A stretch of 64,000 nt of DNA from Lachnospiraceae bacterium (GTDB taxonomy: Bacteria; Bacillota; Clostridia; Lachnospirales; Lachnospiraceae). Location: the NCBI GenBank assembly GCA_051888795.1, contig JBJFCD010000199.1:12509-76508 (forward strand). The letters are read 5' to 3'. Shown piece after piece: positions 1-9,507 of the stretch. The stretch's first letter is position 1. Every line of letters begins with the position of its first letter. The position numbers and the translations under genes are program-made. The notes beneath the pieces are model-generated. The model ran no database searches. It saw only the letters and a list, made by a program, of their open reading frames with translations, and was not told the DNA's origin.

Positions 1-70
1 CAAAAAATATTAAAAAAAATAGCGAAAAGAGTATTACGATTTTCTTAAATTTGTTTATAATTTATGCCAG

Positions 71-93
71 ATGGTTGAAATGATTTCATCCAT
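71..93 (+). promoter_or_regulatory. Probable ArsR/SmtB operator (11-1-11 imperfect inverted repeat) overlapping the promoter
   Basis: ATGGTTGAAAT-G-ATTTCATCCAT (one mismatch) overlaps TTGAAA (-35-like) directly upstream of the ArsR gene. Confidence 0.55.
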
Positions 94-148
94 TTGGCAT
101 AATTAATCTGATGCATATTTATGGAGGATGAAAGGAAGGAATGAATGT

Positions 149-508
149 ATGAAGAAAACAGAAGTAGAGTGCTGCGATGTTACATGCATTCACAGTGATA
201 TGATCCGAAAAGTGAAAGAACTGATGCCTGATGATGATCTGCTGAGTGATCTTGCGGATTTTTACAAGGTCTTTGGTGATGCGACAAGGGTGAAGATTCT
301 CTGTGTACTGCTGGAGTCCGAGATGTGTGTCTGTGATTTGGCTGAACTTCTGGGAATGACACAGTCAGCTATTTCACATCAGCTTCGTGTGCTTAAACAG
401 ATGAAACTGGTTAAAAACCGAAGAGAAGGGAAGACAGTGTATTATTCTCTGGCAGATGGACATATTCAGACAATTATCAGTCAGGGAATGGAGCATATTC
501 AGGAATAA
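149..508 (+). CDS. ArsR/SmtB family metal-sensing repressor (CadC/SmtB/ZiaR-like)
   Basis: FKVFGDATRVKIL, ELCVCDLA-like helix, SAISHQLRVL HTH; N-terminal CC..C.H and C-terminal D-x-H-x10-H-x2-E metal sites; start at ATG 149 after GGAAGGA (ORF track starts at 128). Confidence 0.92.
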   Translation: MKKTEVECCDVTCIHSDMIRKVKELMPDDDLLSDLADFYKVFGDATRVKILCVLLESEMCVCDLAELLGMTQSAISHQLRVLKQMKLVKNRREGKTVYYSLADGHIQTIISQGMEHIQE

Positions 509-539
509 TTTGAATATAGATACAAAAAAGGGAACGGTT

Positions 540-2402
540 ATGACAGAACAGTTGAAAAAAAGAAGTGTCATTTATGGTGCAGGCGTATTGATATATGTCT
601 TTGGTGTAATTTTAACATTACAGTTTACTGTGTCAGATTGGACAAAGTTTTTTGTATTTCTTATAGCCTATCTTGTAATCAGCTTCGATGCATTTCGGGG
701 GTTGAGCGAAAGACTGATGCAGAAGAAATTCTTAACAGAATATACTTTGATCATTCTGGCTACAGTGGGAGCTTTTGGCATTGGAAAATATGTTGAAGGC
801 GTTTTTGTTATGATTTTATTTGAATTAGGTATGATTTTTGAAGCATTTGCTACGGATAATGCGAAGAGGACAATCGCAGAGATGATAGATATCCGTCCGG
901 CGTATGCGACTCGTAAGATCAAGGGAAAAGAGGTGCAGGTAGATCCTTCTGAACTGAAGCTGCGCCATATTATCGTTATCAAGCCAGGGGAGATAATTCC
1001 GGTGGATGCCATAGTCACAGCCGGGGTGACAACAATTGATACAAAAGCGCTGACAGGAGAAGCGATGCCTCAGACGGCGAGACCAGGCGATACAATTTAC
1101 AGTGGATGTATCAACCTGAGTGGTGTGATTGAAGCGAGAGTTACAAAACTATATGAAGATTCAACGGTCTCAAGGATCATGAAGATGGTAGAAGATGCCC
1201 AGCAGTTGAAAGCGGAAAGTGAAACATTTGTTGCAAGGTTTTCAAAAATATATACGCCGGTTATGCTTATCCTCGCTATTGTGGTAATGCTCTATCCGCC
1301 ACTTAGTTTTTCATACGGAAACTGGGATACATGGATTTATCGCGGACTTATCTTTATGATTGTGGCCTGCCCCAGCGGTTTGTCACTGTCCATACCGATT
1401 GCATTTTTAGGTGGGATTGCTTCGGCTGCCCGGCAGGGTATATTAATTAAAGGTGGAAACTATCTGGAAGATCTTTCTAAAGCAAATGTTTTTGTCTTTG
1501 ATAAGACAGGAACATTAACAGAAGGTGTTTTTCTGGTAAAAGAGATACATGCCGTCAGCGGAACAGAGGAAGAGATGTTAAAGATTGCTGCACATGCGGA
1601 GAGTTATTCCAACCATCCGATCGCACAGTCGCTATTAGAAGCATATGATGGAACGATTGACAGAGAAAAAGTATATAGAGTAAAAGAAATTCCAGGTTAT
1701 GGTATCAGCGCTACATATGAAGGACAGAGAGTCCATGTCGGAAATCGCAGGCTCATGGAAAGACAGAAGATAGATGTGGAAGAGGTAAATACTACGGGAT
1801 CAGTAGTATATGTAGCGGTTGGTAAAACTTATCTCGGATATATCATCATTTCAGATCAGATCAGAGAAGAAGCTTATGATGTGATGGATTATCTTCGTGA
1901 GAAATGTAACGGTGTTTTGGTTATGCTGACCGGAGACACTGAAAAAGCCGGTGTAGAAGTTGCCGATGAGCTGGGACTTGATTATGCGTATACAAACCTT
2001 ATGCCGATGGATAAGCTGGAGCAGCTGGAAGAATTTTTCTATATTCAGGATGATTCAGAAAGACTGGTCTGTGTAGGAGACGGAATCAATGATGCACCTG
2101 TACTTTCCAGAGCAGACATTGGTATCGCAATGGGTGACCTTGGCTCGGCAGCAGCAATCGAGGCAGCGGATATTGTGCTCATGAATGACGATCTTTCCAA
2201 AATAAAAGATGCTATCCGCATTGCAAAGGAAACACTTCATGTCGTAAGTCAGAATATTGCATTTGCTATGGTTGTAAAATTTCTGGTGCTTTTTATGGCG
2301 GTTATCGGATATTTCGGCATGTGGGAAGCAATTTTAGTGGAAGTAGGAGTTGTATTCGTTGCAATTTTAAATGCATCTGGCGTTGTAAAATTTACTGTGT
2401 AA
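540..2402 (+). CDS. Heavy-metal translocating P1B-type ATPase (CadA/ZntA-like, atypical CPS motif)
   Basis: TGE, CPS, DKTGT, HP and GDGINDAP motifs; downstream of ArsR; start at ATG 540. Confidence 0.9.
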   Translation: MTEQLKKRSVIYGAGVLIYVFGVILTLQFTVSDWTKFFVFLIAYLVISFDAFRGLSERLMQKKFLTEYTLIILATVGAFGIGKYVEGVFVMILFELGMIFEAFATDNAKRTIAEMIDIRPAYATRKIKGKEVQVDPSELKLRHIIVIKPGEIIPVDAIVTAGVTTIDTKALTGEAMPQTARPGDTIYSGCINLSGVIEARVTKLYEDSTVSRIMKMVEDAQQLKAESETFVARFSKIYTPVMLILAIVVMLYPPLSFSYGNWDTWIYRGLIFMIVACPSGLSLSIPIAFLGGIASAARQGILIKGGNYLEDLSKANVFVFDKTGTLTEGVFLVKEIHAVSGTEEEMLKIAAHAESYSNHPIAQSLLEAYDGTIDREKVYRVKEIPGYGISATYEGQRVHVGNRRLMERQKIDVEEVNTTGSVVYVAVGKTYLGYIIISDQIREEAYDVMDYLREKCNGVLVMLTGDTEKAGVEVADELGLDYAYTNLMPMDKLEQLEEFFYIQDDSERLVCVGDGINDAPVLSRADIGIAMGDLGSAAAIEAADIVLMNDDLSKIKDAIRIAKETLHVVSQNIAFAMVVKFLVLFMAVIGYFGMWEAILVEVGVVFVAILNASGVVKFTV

Positions 2403-2467
2403 ATAATAAAGAATAAAAAAGAAGCAATGGTATACATAAACAAGTAAAAACAGAGGAGACTAAACGA

Positions 2468-2992
2468 ATGAAACGATTTCGGATGACAGCGCTGATTTTT
2501 ATATTGGCGCTGAGTCTGTCTGGATGTATAACAAATCCATACAAATCAGGGGTAAAAGCATTAGAAAATGAAGATTATGAAGAAGCAGCCAAAAGCTTTT
2601 CTGAAGCTGTAGAAAAAGATAAGAATACAGCGGATGCGTACAGAGGTCTGGGGATTGCTCTGTGGGAAACAAAAGATTACGAGGGGGCAAGGGATGCTTT
2701 GGAAAAAGCATTACAGGCAGGAACTGAAAAGACTGGTACTATTTATAATCTTCTGGGAAATTGTGAGTTAAAACTTGGAAATGCGAAAGAGGCCGCCGGA
2801 TATTTTGAAACAGGGTTGGAAGATAAAGATTTAAGTAACGAACTTAGGCAGGAAATGCGTTTTAATACCATTGTCTCGTATGAACAAATGGGCGATGCGG
2901 AGACCGCAAAGTCGTTGCTTGAAGAATATATATCTGAATATCCGGATGATGAGGAAGCAGCGAAAGAGGCAGAATTTTTAGAAACGAGATAG
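2468..2992 (+). CDS. TPR-repeat lipoprotein
   Basis: Lipobox LSGC; TPR-like helices (ADAYRGLGIALW, IYNLLGNCELKLG). Confidence 0.8.
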   Translation: MKRFRMTALIFILALSLSGCITNPYKSGVKALENEDYEEAAKSFSEAVEKDKNTADAYRGLGIALWETKDYEGARDALEKALQAGTEKTGTIYNLLGNCELKLGNAKEAAGYFETGLEDKDLSNELRQEMRFNTIVSYEQMGDAETAKSLLEEYISEYPDDEEAAKEAEFLETR

Positions 2993-2995
2993 TAT

Positions 2996-4261
2996 ATGAT
3001 AGAATTAAGAAAAGAAACCGAAAGAGTGATTCTGGTAGGGGTCAGTCTTATGGACGCAGAGCAGACAGATAGGTCTTTAGATGAACTTTCAGAGCTTGCA
3101 AAAACAGCAGGTGCTGAAGCTGTGGGGAGAGTGATCCAAAGCAGAGAGCAGATCCATCCGGGTACTTATGTCGGAAAAGGTAAACTCGGGGAGATCAAAG
3201 ACCTTGTATGGGAGACGGAAGCAACAGGAATTATCTGTGATGATGAATTGACTCCTGTACAGATGAAGAATCTTCAGGATGAACTCGATGTGAAGGTGAT
3301 GGATCGTACTTTAGTGATACTGGATATTTTTGCGGAAAGAGCATCAACCAGTGAAGGAAAGATACAGGTAGAGCTGGCACAGCTCAAGTATCGCCAGACA
3401 AGGCTAACAGGTTTTGGTACAGCGCTGTCAAGGCTCGGTGGAGGAATCGGAACACGTGGTCCAGGTGAAAAAAAGCTCGAGATGGATCGAAGATTAATAA
3501 AAAACCGGATTGCGCAGTTGAACCGTGAACTCAAGGATGTAAAACGTCATCGTGAGATTACCAGGGAACAGAGGAGTAAGAAGAAACTTCCTGTAGTGGC
3601 AATAGTAGGTTACACAAACGCAGGAAAATCTACACTTTTAAATACATTGACAGGATCAGAAATCCTGGCTGAAGATAAATTGTTTGCAACACTTGACCCA
3701 ACCACAAGAGGATTAAAACTCCCGGGAGGTCAGGAGATTTTGCTGACAGATACAGTAGGATTCATTCAGAAACTGCCCCACCATTTGATTGAAGCGTTCA
3801 AAAGCACATTGGAAGAGGCGAAATATGCGGATATGATTCTTCATGTTGTGGATGCGTCAAATCCTCTGATGGATGAGCAGATGTTTACCGTCTATGAGAC
3901 ACTTCAGAATCTGGAAGTAGGAGATAAGCCGGTTATTACAGCATTCAACAAGCAGGATAAGCTGGAAGAGGCTTTGATTGTACGTGATTTCAGGGCTGAT
4001 TATACTGTGAAAATCTCTGCCAGAACCGGCAGAGGTATTGATGAACTTTTGGAAACGATTGAAGCAGTCCTGAGGGATCAGAAGATTGCAATAGAGTTTT
4101 TATATGATTACAAAGATGCAGCGAAGATACAGCTCATCCGTAGATATGGTGAGCTTACAGCCGAGGAATACCGGGATGATGGAATCTATGTCACCGGTTA
4201 TATCCCAGCAGAGTTTTATAGTAAAGTATCTCTTGGAGATTCTGAGAAAAAGCGTTTGTAA
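2996..4261 (+). CDS. hflX: GTPase HflX
   Basis: GGGIGTRGPGEKKLEMDRR, GYTNAGKST, LFATLDPTTR, DTVGFI, NKQD. Confidence 0.97.
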   Translation: MIELRKETERVILVGVSLMDAEQTDRSLDELSELAKTAGAEAVGRVIQSREQIHPGTYVGKGKLGEIKDLVWETEATGIICDDELTPVQMKNLQDELDVKVMDRTLVILDIFAERASTSEGKIQVELAQLKYRQTRLTGFGTALSRLGGGIGTRGPGEKKLEMDRRLIKNRIAQLNRELKDVKRHREITREQRSKKKLPVVAIVGYTNAGKSTLLNTLTGSEILAEDKLFATLDPTTRGLKLPGGQEILLTDTVGFIQKLPHHLIEAFKSTLEEAKYADMILHVVDASNPLMDEQMFTVYETLQNLEVGDKPVITAFNKQDKLEEALIVRDFRADYTVKISARTGRGIDELLETIEAVLRDQKIAIEFLYDYKDAAKIQLIRRYGELTAEEYRDDGIYVTGYIPAEFYSKVSLGDSEKKRL

Positions 4262-5052
4262 GCTCTGGAAAAAGTAGAATAGTCTTTATAGCCACAGTCA
4301 AAACAGGCTTGTGTGCTGGGAATTCCGGACAATATAAGTTCTTTAGCAAGCAGGAGACGTTTACGGGATATATAATTACCAAGTGTATAACCGGTTTCCT
4401 GCTTAAATTGTCTCATCATATAATATTTGCTGACAAAAAATGTGTCGGCAATTTTATCGATTTTCAGATCGTCAGTCAGATGGTCATTTACGTATTGTAA
4501 AATTTCTGTTACTTTGGAAGGATTGCTTTCAGTGTCTATAAATTCCAGATGATTTTTAAGCGCTGCCCTGTTTAAATGGACCATAAATTCCAAAAATAAA
4601 ACCTGACGATACAGTTCCGCTGCATAGCCTTCATCTGCAAATGACTTTTCAAGTCTTACGATAGAACGGAACAGAGAGCTTTTTTCCAGAGAAGGGATTC
4701 GAAGTACGTTAGAGCGTTCTTCTTTTGCTTTCTGAAAGCAGAAGCTCAGATCATAGGAATCTGTTCTGTAAGCGTTCATAAAATTCGGAGAAATATAGAC
4801 AATGATTCTTTCATATATTTCCCTGTTGTCTACCAGAAGACGGTGCATGTCATTATGCTTAACCAGCACAATATCATAAGGCTTCAGTTCATAGGATTTC
4901 CCTTCGATCATATAAGAAACTTTTCCTTTGATGAAAATTGTGATCTTATCGAAATCATGGTAATGTGTTTTTATTTCATGGGATTCTTTGTCAGTCAGGT
5001 GAAACAATTTGAATTCACTGTTTAAATATCCTTTTTTTTCGTATGATTCCAT
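4216..5052 (-). CDS. AraC family transcriptional regulator with N-terminal cupin domain
   Basis: HYHDF cupin motif; C-terminal double HTH (CGYKDYSTFSRAYKR); 3' end overlaps hflX 3' end. Confidence 0.92.
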   Translation of the reverse strand: MESYEKKGYLNSEFKLFHLTDKESHEIKTHYHDFDKITIFIKGKVSYMIEGKSYELKPYDIVLVKHNDMHRLLVDNREIYERIIVYISPNFMNAYRTDSYDLSFCFQKAKEERSNVLRIPSLEKSSLFRSIVRLEKSFADEGYAAELYRQVLFLEFMVHLNRAALKNHLEFIDTESNPSKVTEILQYVNDHLTDDLKIDKIADTFFVSKYYMMRQFKQETGYTLGNYISRKRLLLAKELILSGIPSTQACFDCGYKDYSTFSRAYKRFFSESPRDTLL

Positions 5053-5244
5053 GATGCCCTCCTGAGATAACCGGTTTGTTTTAAAATGTTAAGCTTTAAA
5101 ATGTTAAAGCAGCTTACTTCAAGTATGATAAAATAATTATAAAAAAACAGAGCATTATTTGCAATATATATGGCATTAATTGTATTGAAAAGGGAAATAA
5201 TGCCTGTTATGATTGCCTTAGATAAAGAAAGCGGAGGGTATGTT

Positions 5245-6102
5245 ATGAAGGTTGTTTTGGAAAGATATCATGGTTTAGGAAATGATTATGTTGTATTTGA
5301 TCCGAATAAAAATGAGCTTATGCTTACGCCGGGGAATGTTAAGATGATCTGTGACCGGAATGCCGGTCTTGGTTCGGATGGAGTTTTAGAAGGACCGATT
5401 TTAAAAGAAAACGGTATGTATGTTAAAGTATGGAATCCGGATGGCAGTATTTCAGAAACCAGCGGAAACGGTGTCCGCATCTTTGCAAAATATCTGAAAG
5501 ATGCAGGATATATTCAGAAAAAGAACTTCAAACTATTTACAGAAAACGGAGAAGTAGAGGTAACATTCCTGAATGAAGACGGAAGCAGACTCAGAGTTTC
5601 TATGGGTAAACTTTCTTTCTGGAGTGATGAGATTCCTGTAACAGGAGAGAGAAGAGAAGTAATTAATGAGGATATGGTGTTTGGAAGAACATTATATCCG
5701 GTAACATGTGTGACGATTGGAAATCCACATTGTGTTATTCCGATGAGAGAGATTTCAAAGCCTCTTGTTTGTAAAATAGGTGATTATGCAGAGATCGCGA
5801 GATATTTTCCGAATCGCGTAAATACGCAGATTATGAAAGTGATTGATAAAGAGAATATTGCAATTGAGATTTTTGAGCGTGGCGCAGGATATACTCTAGC
5901 TTCCGGAACAGGTGCCTGTGCAGCAGCAGGTGTTGCATATAAGCTTGGCATGACGAATAATAAAGTAATTGTTCACATGGCTGGCGGAAATCTTCAGGTA
6001 GAAGTGGAAGATGACTGGACTGTCTATATGACCGGAGATGTATTCTATGTAGCAAAACTTACGCTGAGTAATGAATTTGCAGAAAAACTGCGAAACGCAT
6101 AA
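5245..6102 (+). CDS. dapF: Diaminopimelate epimerase-like protein (both catalytic Cys replaced by Ser)
   Basis: YHGLGNDY, NPDGS..E.SGNG, GNPHCV, FP.RVN, ERGAG.TLASGTGACA; start at ATG 5245 after GGAGGG. Confidence 0.8.
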   Translation: MKVVLERYHGLGNDYVVFDPNKNELMLTPGNVKMICDRNAGLGSDGVLEGPILKENGMYVKVWNPDGSISETSGNGVRIFAKYLKDAGYIQKKNFKLFTENGEVEVTFLNEDGSRLRVSMGKLSFWSDEIPVTGERREVINEDMVFGRTLYPVTCVTIGNPHCVIPMREISKPLVCKIGDYAEIARYFPNRVNTQIMKVIDKENIAIEIFERGAGYTLASGTGACAAAGVAYKLGMTNNKVIVHMAGGNLQVEVEDDWTVYMTGDVFYVAKLTLSNEFAEKLRNA

Positions 6103-6165
6103 ATGTATAAATGGTTACAAGTTTATAAAGGGATATGATATACTAAGGCATAGGAGGAAAAACCT

Positions 6166-9100
6166 ATGCCTTTAAAATTTGTATTTGGACCATCGGGTTC
6201 AGGAAAATCACATTTTCTTTACAATTACATTATAGAAGTATCAGAAAAAAATCCGGATCAGAATTATATTATTCTTGTGCCGGAGCAGTTTACAATGCAG
6301 ACACAAAAAGATCTTGTCACGATGCATCCAAAACATGGGATCATGAATATTGATGTTCTGAGCTTCGGGCGTCTTGCTTATCGTGTCTTTGAGGAGACAG
6401 GAGGCGGCAATATACCGGTGCTGGATGATGAGGGAAAGAATCTGATACTGAGAAAGATTGCAGGAGACTATGAAGGAGAATTAAAGGTTCTCAAGGGCAA
6501 TATGAAAAAGCTCGGGTATATCAGTGAAGTGAAATCTGTAATCTCAGAATTTACCCAGTATGATATCGGACAGGAAGAGATAGAACGAGTAATGGAGATG
6601 GTTGGCAAAGAGTCGGGGCTCTACTACAAATTGAATGATTTAAAAATCCTGTATCGTGGATTTTCGGATTATCTTGAAAAAAAATATATTACTAAGGAAG
6701 AGCTTCTGGATGTTCTTGGAAGAGAAATAAAAAAGTCAGAGCTTTTAAAAAACAGTACTGTGGTATTGGACGGATTCACGGGATTTACACCGGTGCAGAA
6801 CAGGCTTTTAAAAGAACTTTTTATACATTGCCGTCAGGTAGTGGTAACCGTACTCATGGATGAAAGAGAAAATCCTTTCGTCTATAAACATCCCTATCAG
6901 CTTTTTGCATTAAGTAAACAGATGGTCACATCATTAACTGAAATTGCGAAAGAGACGGGAACTGTTCTTGAAGATGCAGAATATCTTTACGAAAATATTC
7001 CCTATCGTTTCAAAGAGAATCCGGCGCTTTCGTTTCTTGAGCATAATATTTTCCGATATGAAAAAGAAAGCTACGAATCCGAGCAGGATTCTATTTGTAT
7101 TCATGTGGCAAAAAATCCAAAAGAAGAAGCATTTGCCGTAGTCGGAGAAATTCGTGCTCTTGTGAGAAAAAGCGGATACCGGTATCGTGATATAGGACTG
7201 ATCGCAAGCAGTATGGATGCATATGGAGATTATCTGGAAGAGGCTTTTGAAAGTTACGGGATTCCAGTGTTTATGGACCACAAAAGGAGTATTCTTTTGA
7301 ATCCCTATGTAGAATATATCCGTAGTCTTCTGAATATGGTGGAACAGAATTTTACGTATGACAGTGTTTTCAGATTTCTTCATACGAATCTGTCGGGAAT
7401 TGCGTACGATGACGTTTGCTCTATGGAAAATTATGTTCTTGCTCTGGGGATAAAAGGATATAAAAAATGGCAGGAACGGTGGATTCGTCGCCCGCAGGAT
7501 ATGACGGAGGACGAGCTTGAAAACTTAAATCACTGTAGAGTAACATTTGTGGAAAAAATTGATGATCTGGTCTTTATTTTAAAACAGAGGAGAAAAACAG
7601 TCAGAGACATCACAGTAGCACTTTATGATTTTATTGTTAAGGAAGAATTTCAGTTAAAGCTAAAGCAGCAGGAAGAAGAGTTTCAGACCACAGGTGAACT
7701 TGCTCTTGCAAAAGAGTATGCGCAGATCTATCGAATACTGATAGAGTTGTTTGATAAATTTGTTGAGCTTCTGGGAGATGAACAGGTAGGGCTAAGTGAA
7801 TATTGCAAGCTATTGGATGCAGGTCTTTCGGAGGCAAGAGTCGGTGTGATTCCGCCCAGTGTGGATCAGGTAGTAGCCGGTGATGTTCAGAGGACCAGGC
7901 TGAAGGATATCAAAGTGCTGTTTTTTATCGGAGCAAATGACGTATATTTGCCGGGAACACTTCTTCGAACGGGGCTTTTGTCAGAGAGAGACCGGGAGAA
8001 ATTCCGAAAGGAAAAGCTTGCGCTTGCCCCAGGGGGAAAAGAACAGGCATACATTCAGAAGTTTTACCTTTATATGAATCTTACTAAGCCATCGGAATAT
8101 CTTCATGTGTATTACAGCAAGGTATCCTCAGATGGGAAAAGCATGCGCCCGGCATATCTGCTCCAGGAACTTCGGAAACTGTATCCGGCAATTCAGGTAA
8201 CGGATGAAGAAGAAAAGACATTATATCAGAGGGAACTGACTGAAAAAATGGGTATCAGTGAACTCGTTAAAATGGTACGTGACGATGATTGGAAAGAATT
8301 ATATTCCTGGTATCTGAAGCAGCCGGATTGGAAAGAAAAGGTAGAGAATCTTATTAAGGCGGGATACTATCGTCGTCCCATGGATGGTATGACAGAGAAT
8401 GTAGCAAGACGTCTATATGGCGAGGATTTCATGAATAGTATTACGAGAATGGAAAGATTTTCAGCCTGTGCTTTTGCGCATTTTCTTACGTATGGTCTGG
8501 GACTCAAGGAGCAGCCGGAATATGAATTCAAACCGGTAGATCTTGGAAATGTATGTCACAGAGCACTGGAGAGATATTCTGAAAAAATAGAAAAAGAAGA
8601 GCTGTCATGGACTGAAGTGCCGGAAGAAATGCAGAATCGCTGCATTGATGAGAGTGTGGATGAGGCAATTACCGATTATGGCAATAGTGTTCTTTACAGT
8701 TCTGCGCGCAGTGAGTACATGATTGTGAGGATAAAGCAGATGCTGAGACGTACAGTGTGGGCTCTGACAAAACAGTTGGCGGCAGGAGATTTTATACCAT
8801 CAGCATATGAGCTTCGCTTTGCAAGTGGAAAGATTGATCGTATTGATACTTGTGTGGATGAGGACAAGGTCTATGTAAAAGTTACAGATTATAAGACGGG
8901 AAGCAAGGAATTTGACGTTGTATCTTTGTATTATGGTCTTCAGTTGCAGCTTATGGTATATATGGATGCTGCGGTTAAGATTCAGGAAAAAAAGAATCCG
9001 GATAAGGAAGTGATTCCGGCCGGTGTATTTTATTATCGCATACAGGATCCCTTTGTGGAAAAACCGGAAAAAGAGCAGGGGGAAAAGGCAATTTCTGACG

Positions 9101-9507
9101 AGATTCTGTGCGCATTAAAACCGGACGGAATGGTGAATCTGAAGGATGAAGTGCTTGAACATCTGGACCATACAGCTGCAAGCGATTCAATTGCAGCTCC
9201 GATCAAATTTAATAAAAACGGAAGTCTTTCAAAGACTTCTAAAGCTGTCTCAGAAGATACATTCCGTGCGATGATGCAGCATGCGATGAAAAAAGTAGAA
9301 GAAGCTCATAAAGCAATTTTATCAGGAGACACAGCACCTCTCCCATATCGTAGAGGAACAGAGAGTGGGTGTGATTACTGTAAATACCGTCACGTTTGCG
9401 GATTTGATCTGAAAGTGCCGGGATATCATTATCGTGATCTTGGAAAGATGAGCAAGGAAGAAGCACTGACTAAGATGAGACAGGAAAATGAAGGAGGGGG
9501 ATCATAA
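6166..9507 (+). CDS. addB: ATP-dependent helicase/nuclease subunit B
   Basis: GPSGSGKS, VPEQFT, GKIDRID..DYKTG nuclease motif, Fe-S Cys (C..., CDYC, VC), LQLQLMVY. Confidence 0.95.
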   Translation: MPLKFVFGPSGSGKSHFLYNYIIEVSEKNPDQNYIILVPEQFTMQTQKDLVTMHPKHGIMNIDVLSFGRLAYRVFEETGGGNIPVLDDEGKNLILRKIAGDYEGELKVLKGNMKKLGYISEVKSVISEFTQYDIGQEEIERVMEMVGKESGLYYKLNDLKILYRGFSDYLEKKYITKEELLDVLGREIKKSELLKNSTVVLDGFTGFTPVQNRLLKELFIHCRQVVVTVLMDERENPFVYKHPYQLFALSKQMVTSLTEIAKETGTVLEDAEYLYENIPYRFKENPALSFLEHNIFRYEKESYESEQDSICIHVAKNPKEEAFAVVGEIRALVRKSGYRYRDIGLIASSMDAYGDYLEEAFESYGIPVFMDHKRSILLNPYVEYIRSLLNMVEQNFTYDSVFRFLHTNLSGIAYDDVCSMENYVLALGIKGYKKWQERWIRRPQDMTEDELENLNHCRVTFVEKIDDLVFILKQRRKTVRDITVALYDFIVKEEFQLKLKQQEEEFQTTGELALAKEYAQIYRILIELFDKFVELLGDEQVGLSEYCKLLDAGLSEARVGVIPPSVDQVVAGDVQRTRLKDIKVLFFIGANDVYLPGTLLRTGLLSERDREKFRKEKLALAPGGKEQAYIQKFYLYMNLTKPSEYLHVYYSKVSSDGKSMRPAYLLQELRKLYPAIQVTDEEEKTLYQRELTEKMGISELVKMVRDDDWKELYSWYLKQPDWKEKVENLIKAGYYRRPMDGMTENVARRLYGEDFMNSITRMERFSACAFAHFLTYGLGLKEQPEYEFKPVDLGNVCHRALERYSEKIEKEELSWTEVPEEMQNRCIDESVDEAITDYGNSVLYSSARSEYMIVRIKQMLRRTVWALTKQLAAGDFIPSAYELRFASGKIDRIDTCVDEDKVYVKVTDYKTGSKEFDVVSLYYGLQLQLMVYMDAAVKIQEKKNPDKEVIPAGVFYYRIQDPFVEKPEKEQGEKAISDEILCALKPDGMVNLKDEVLEHLDHTAASDSIAAPIKFNKNGSLSKTSKAVSEDTFRAMMQHAMKKVEEAHKAILSGDTAPLPYRRGTESGCDYCKYRHVCGFDLKVPGYHYRDLGKMSKEEALTKMRQENEGGGS

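Noticed and set aside
2996-4261. HflXr-type antibiotic resistance variant
   Set aside because: No leader peptide or attenuator seen; ordinary housekeeping context; cannot be distinguished by eye
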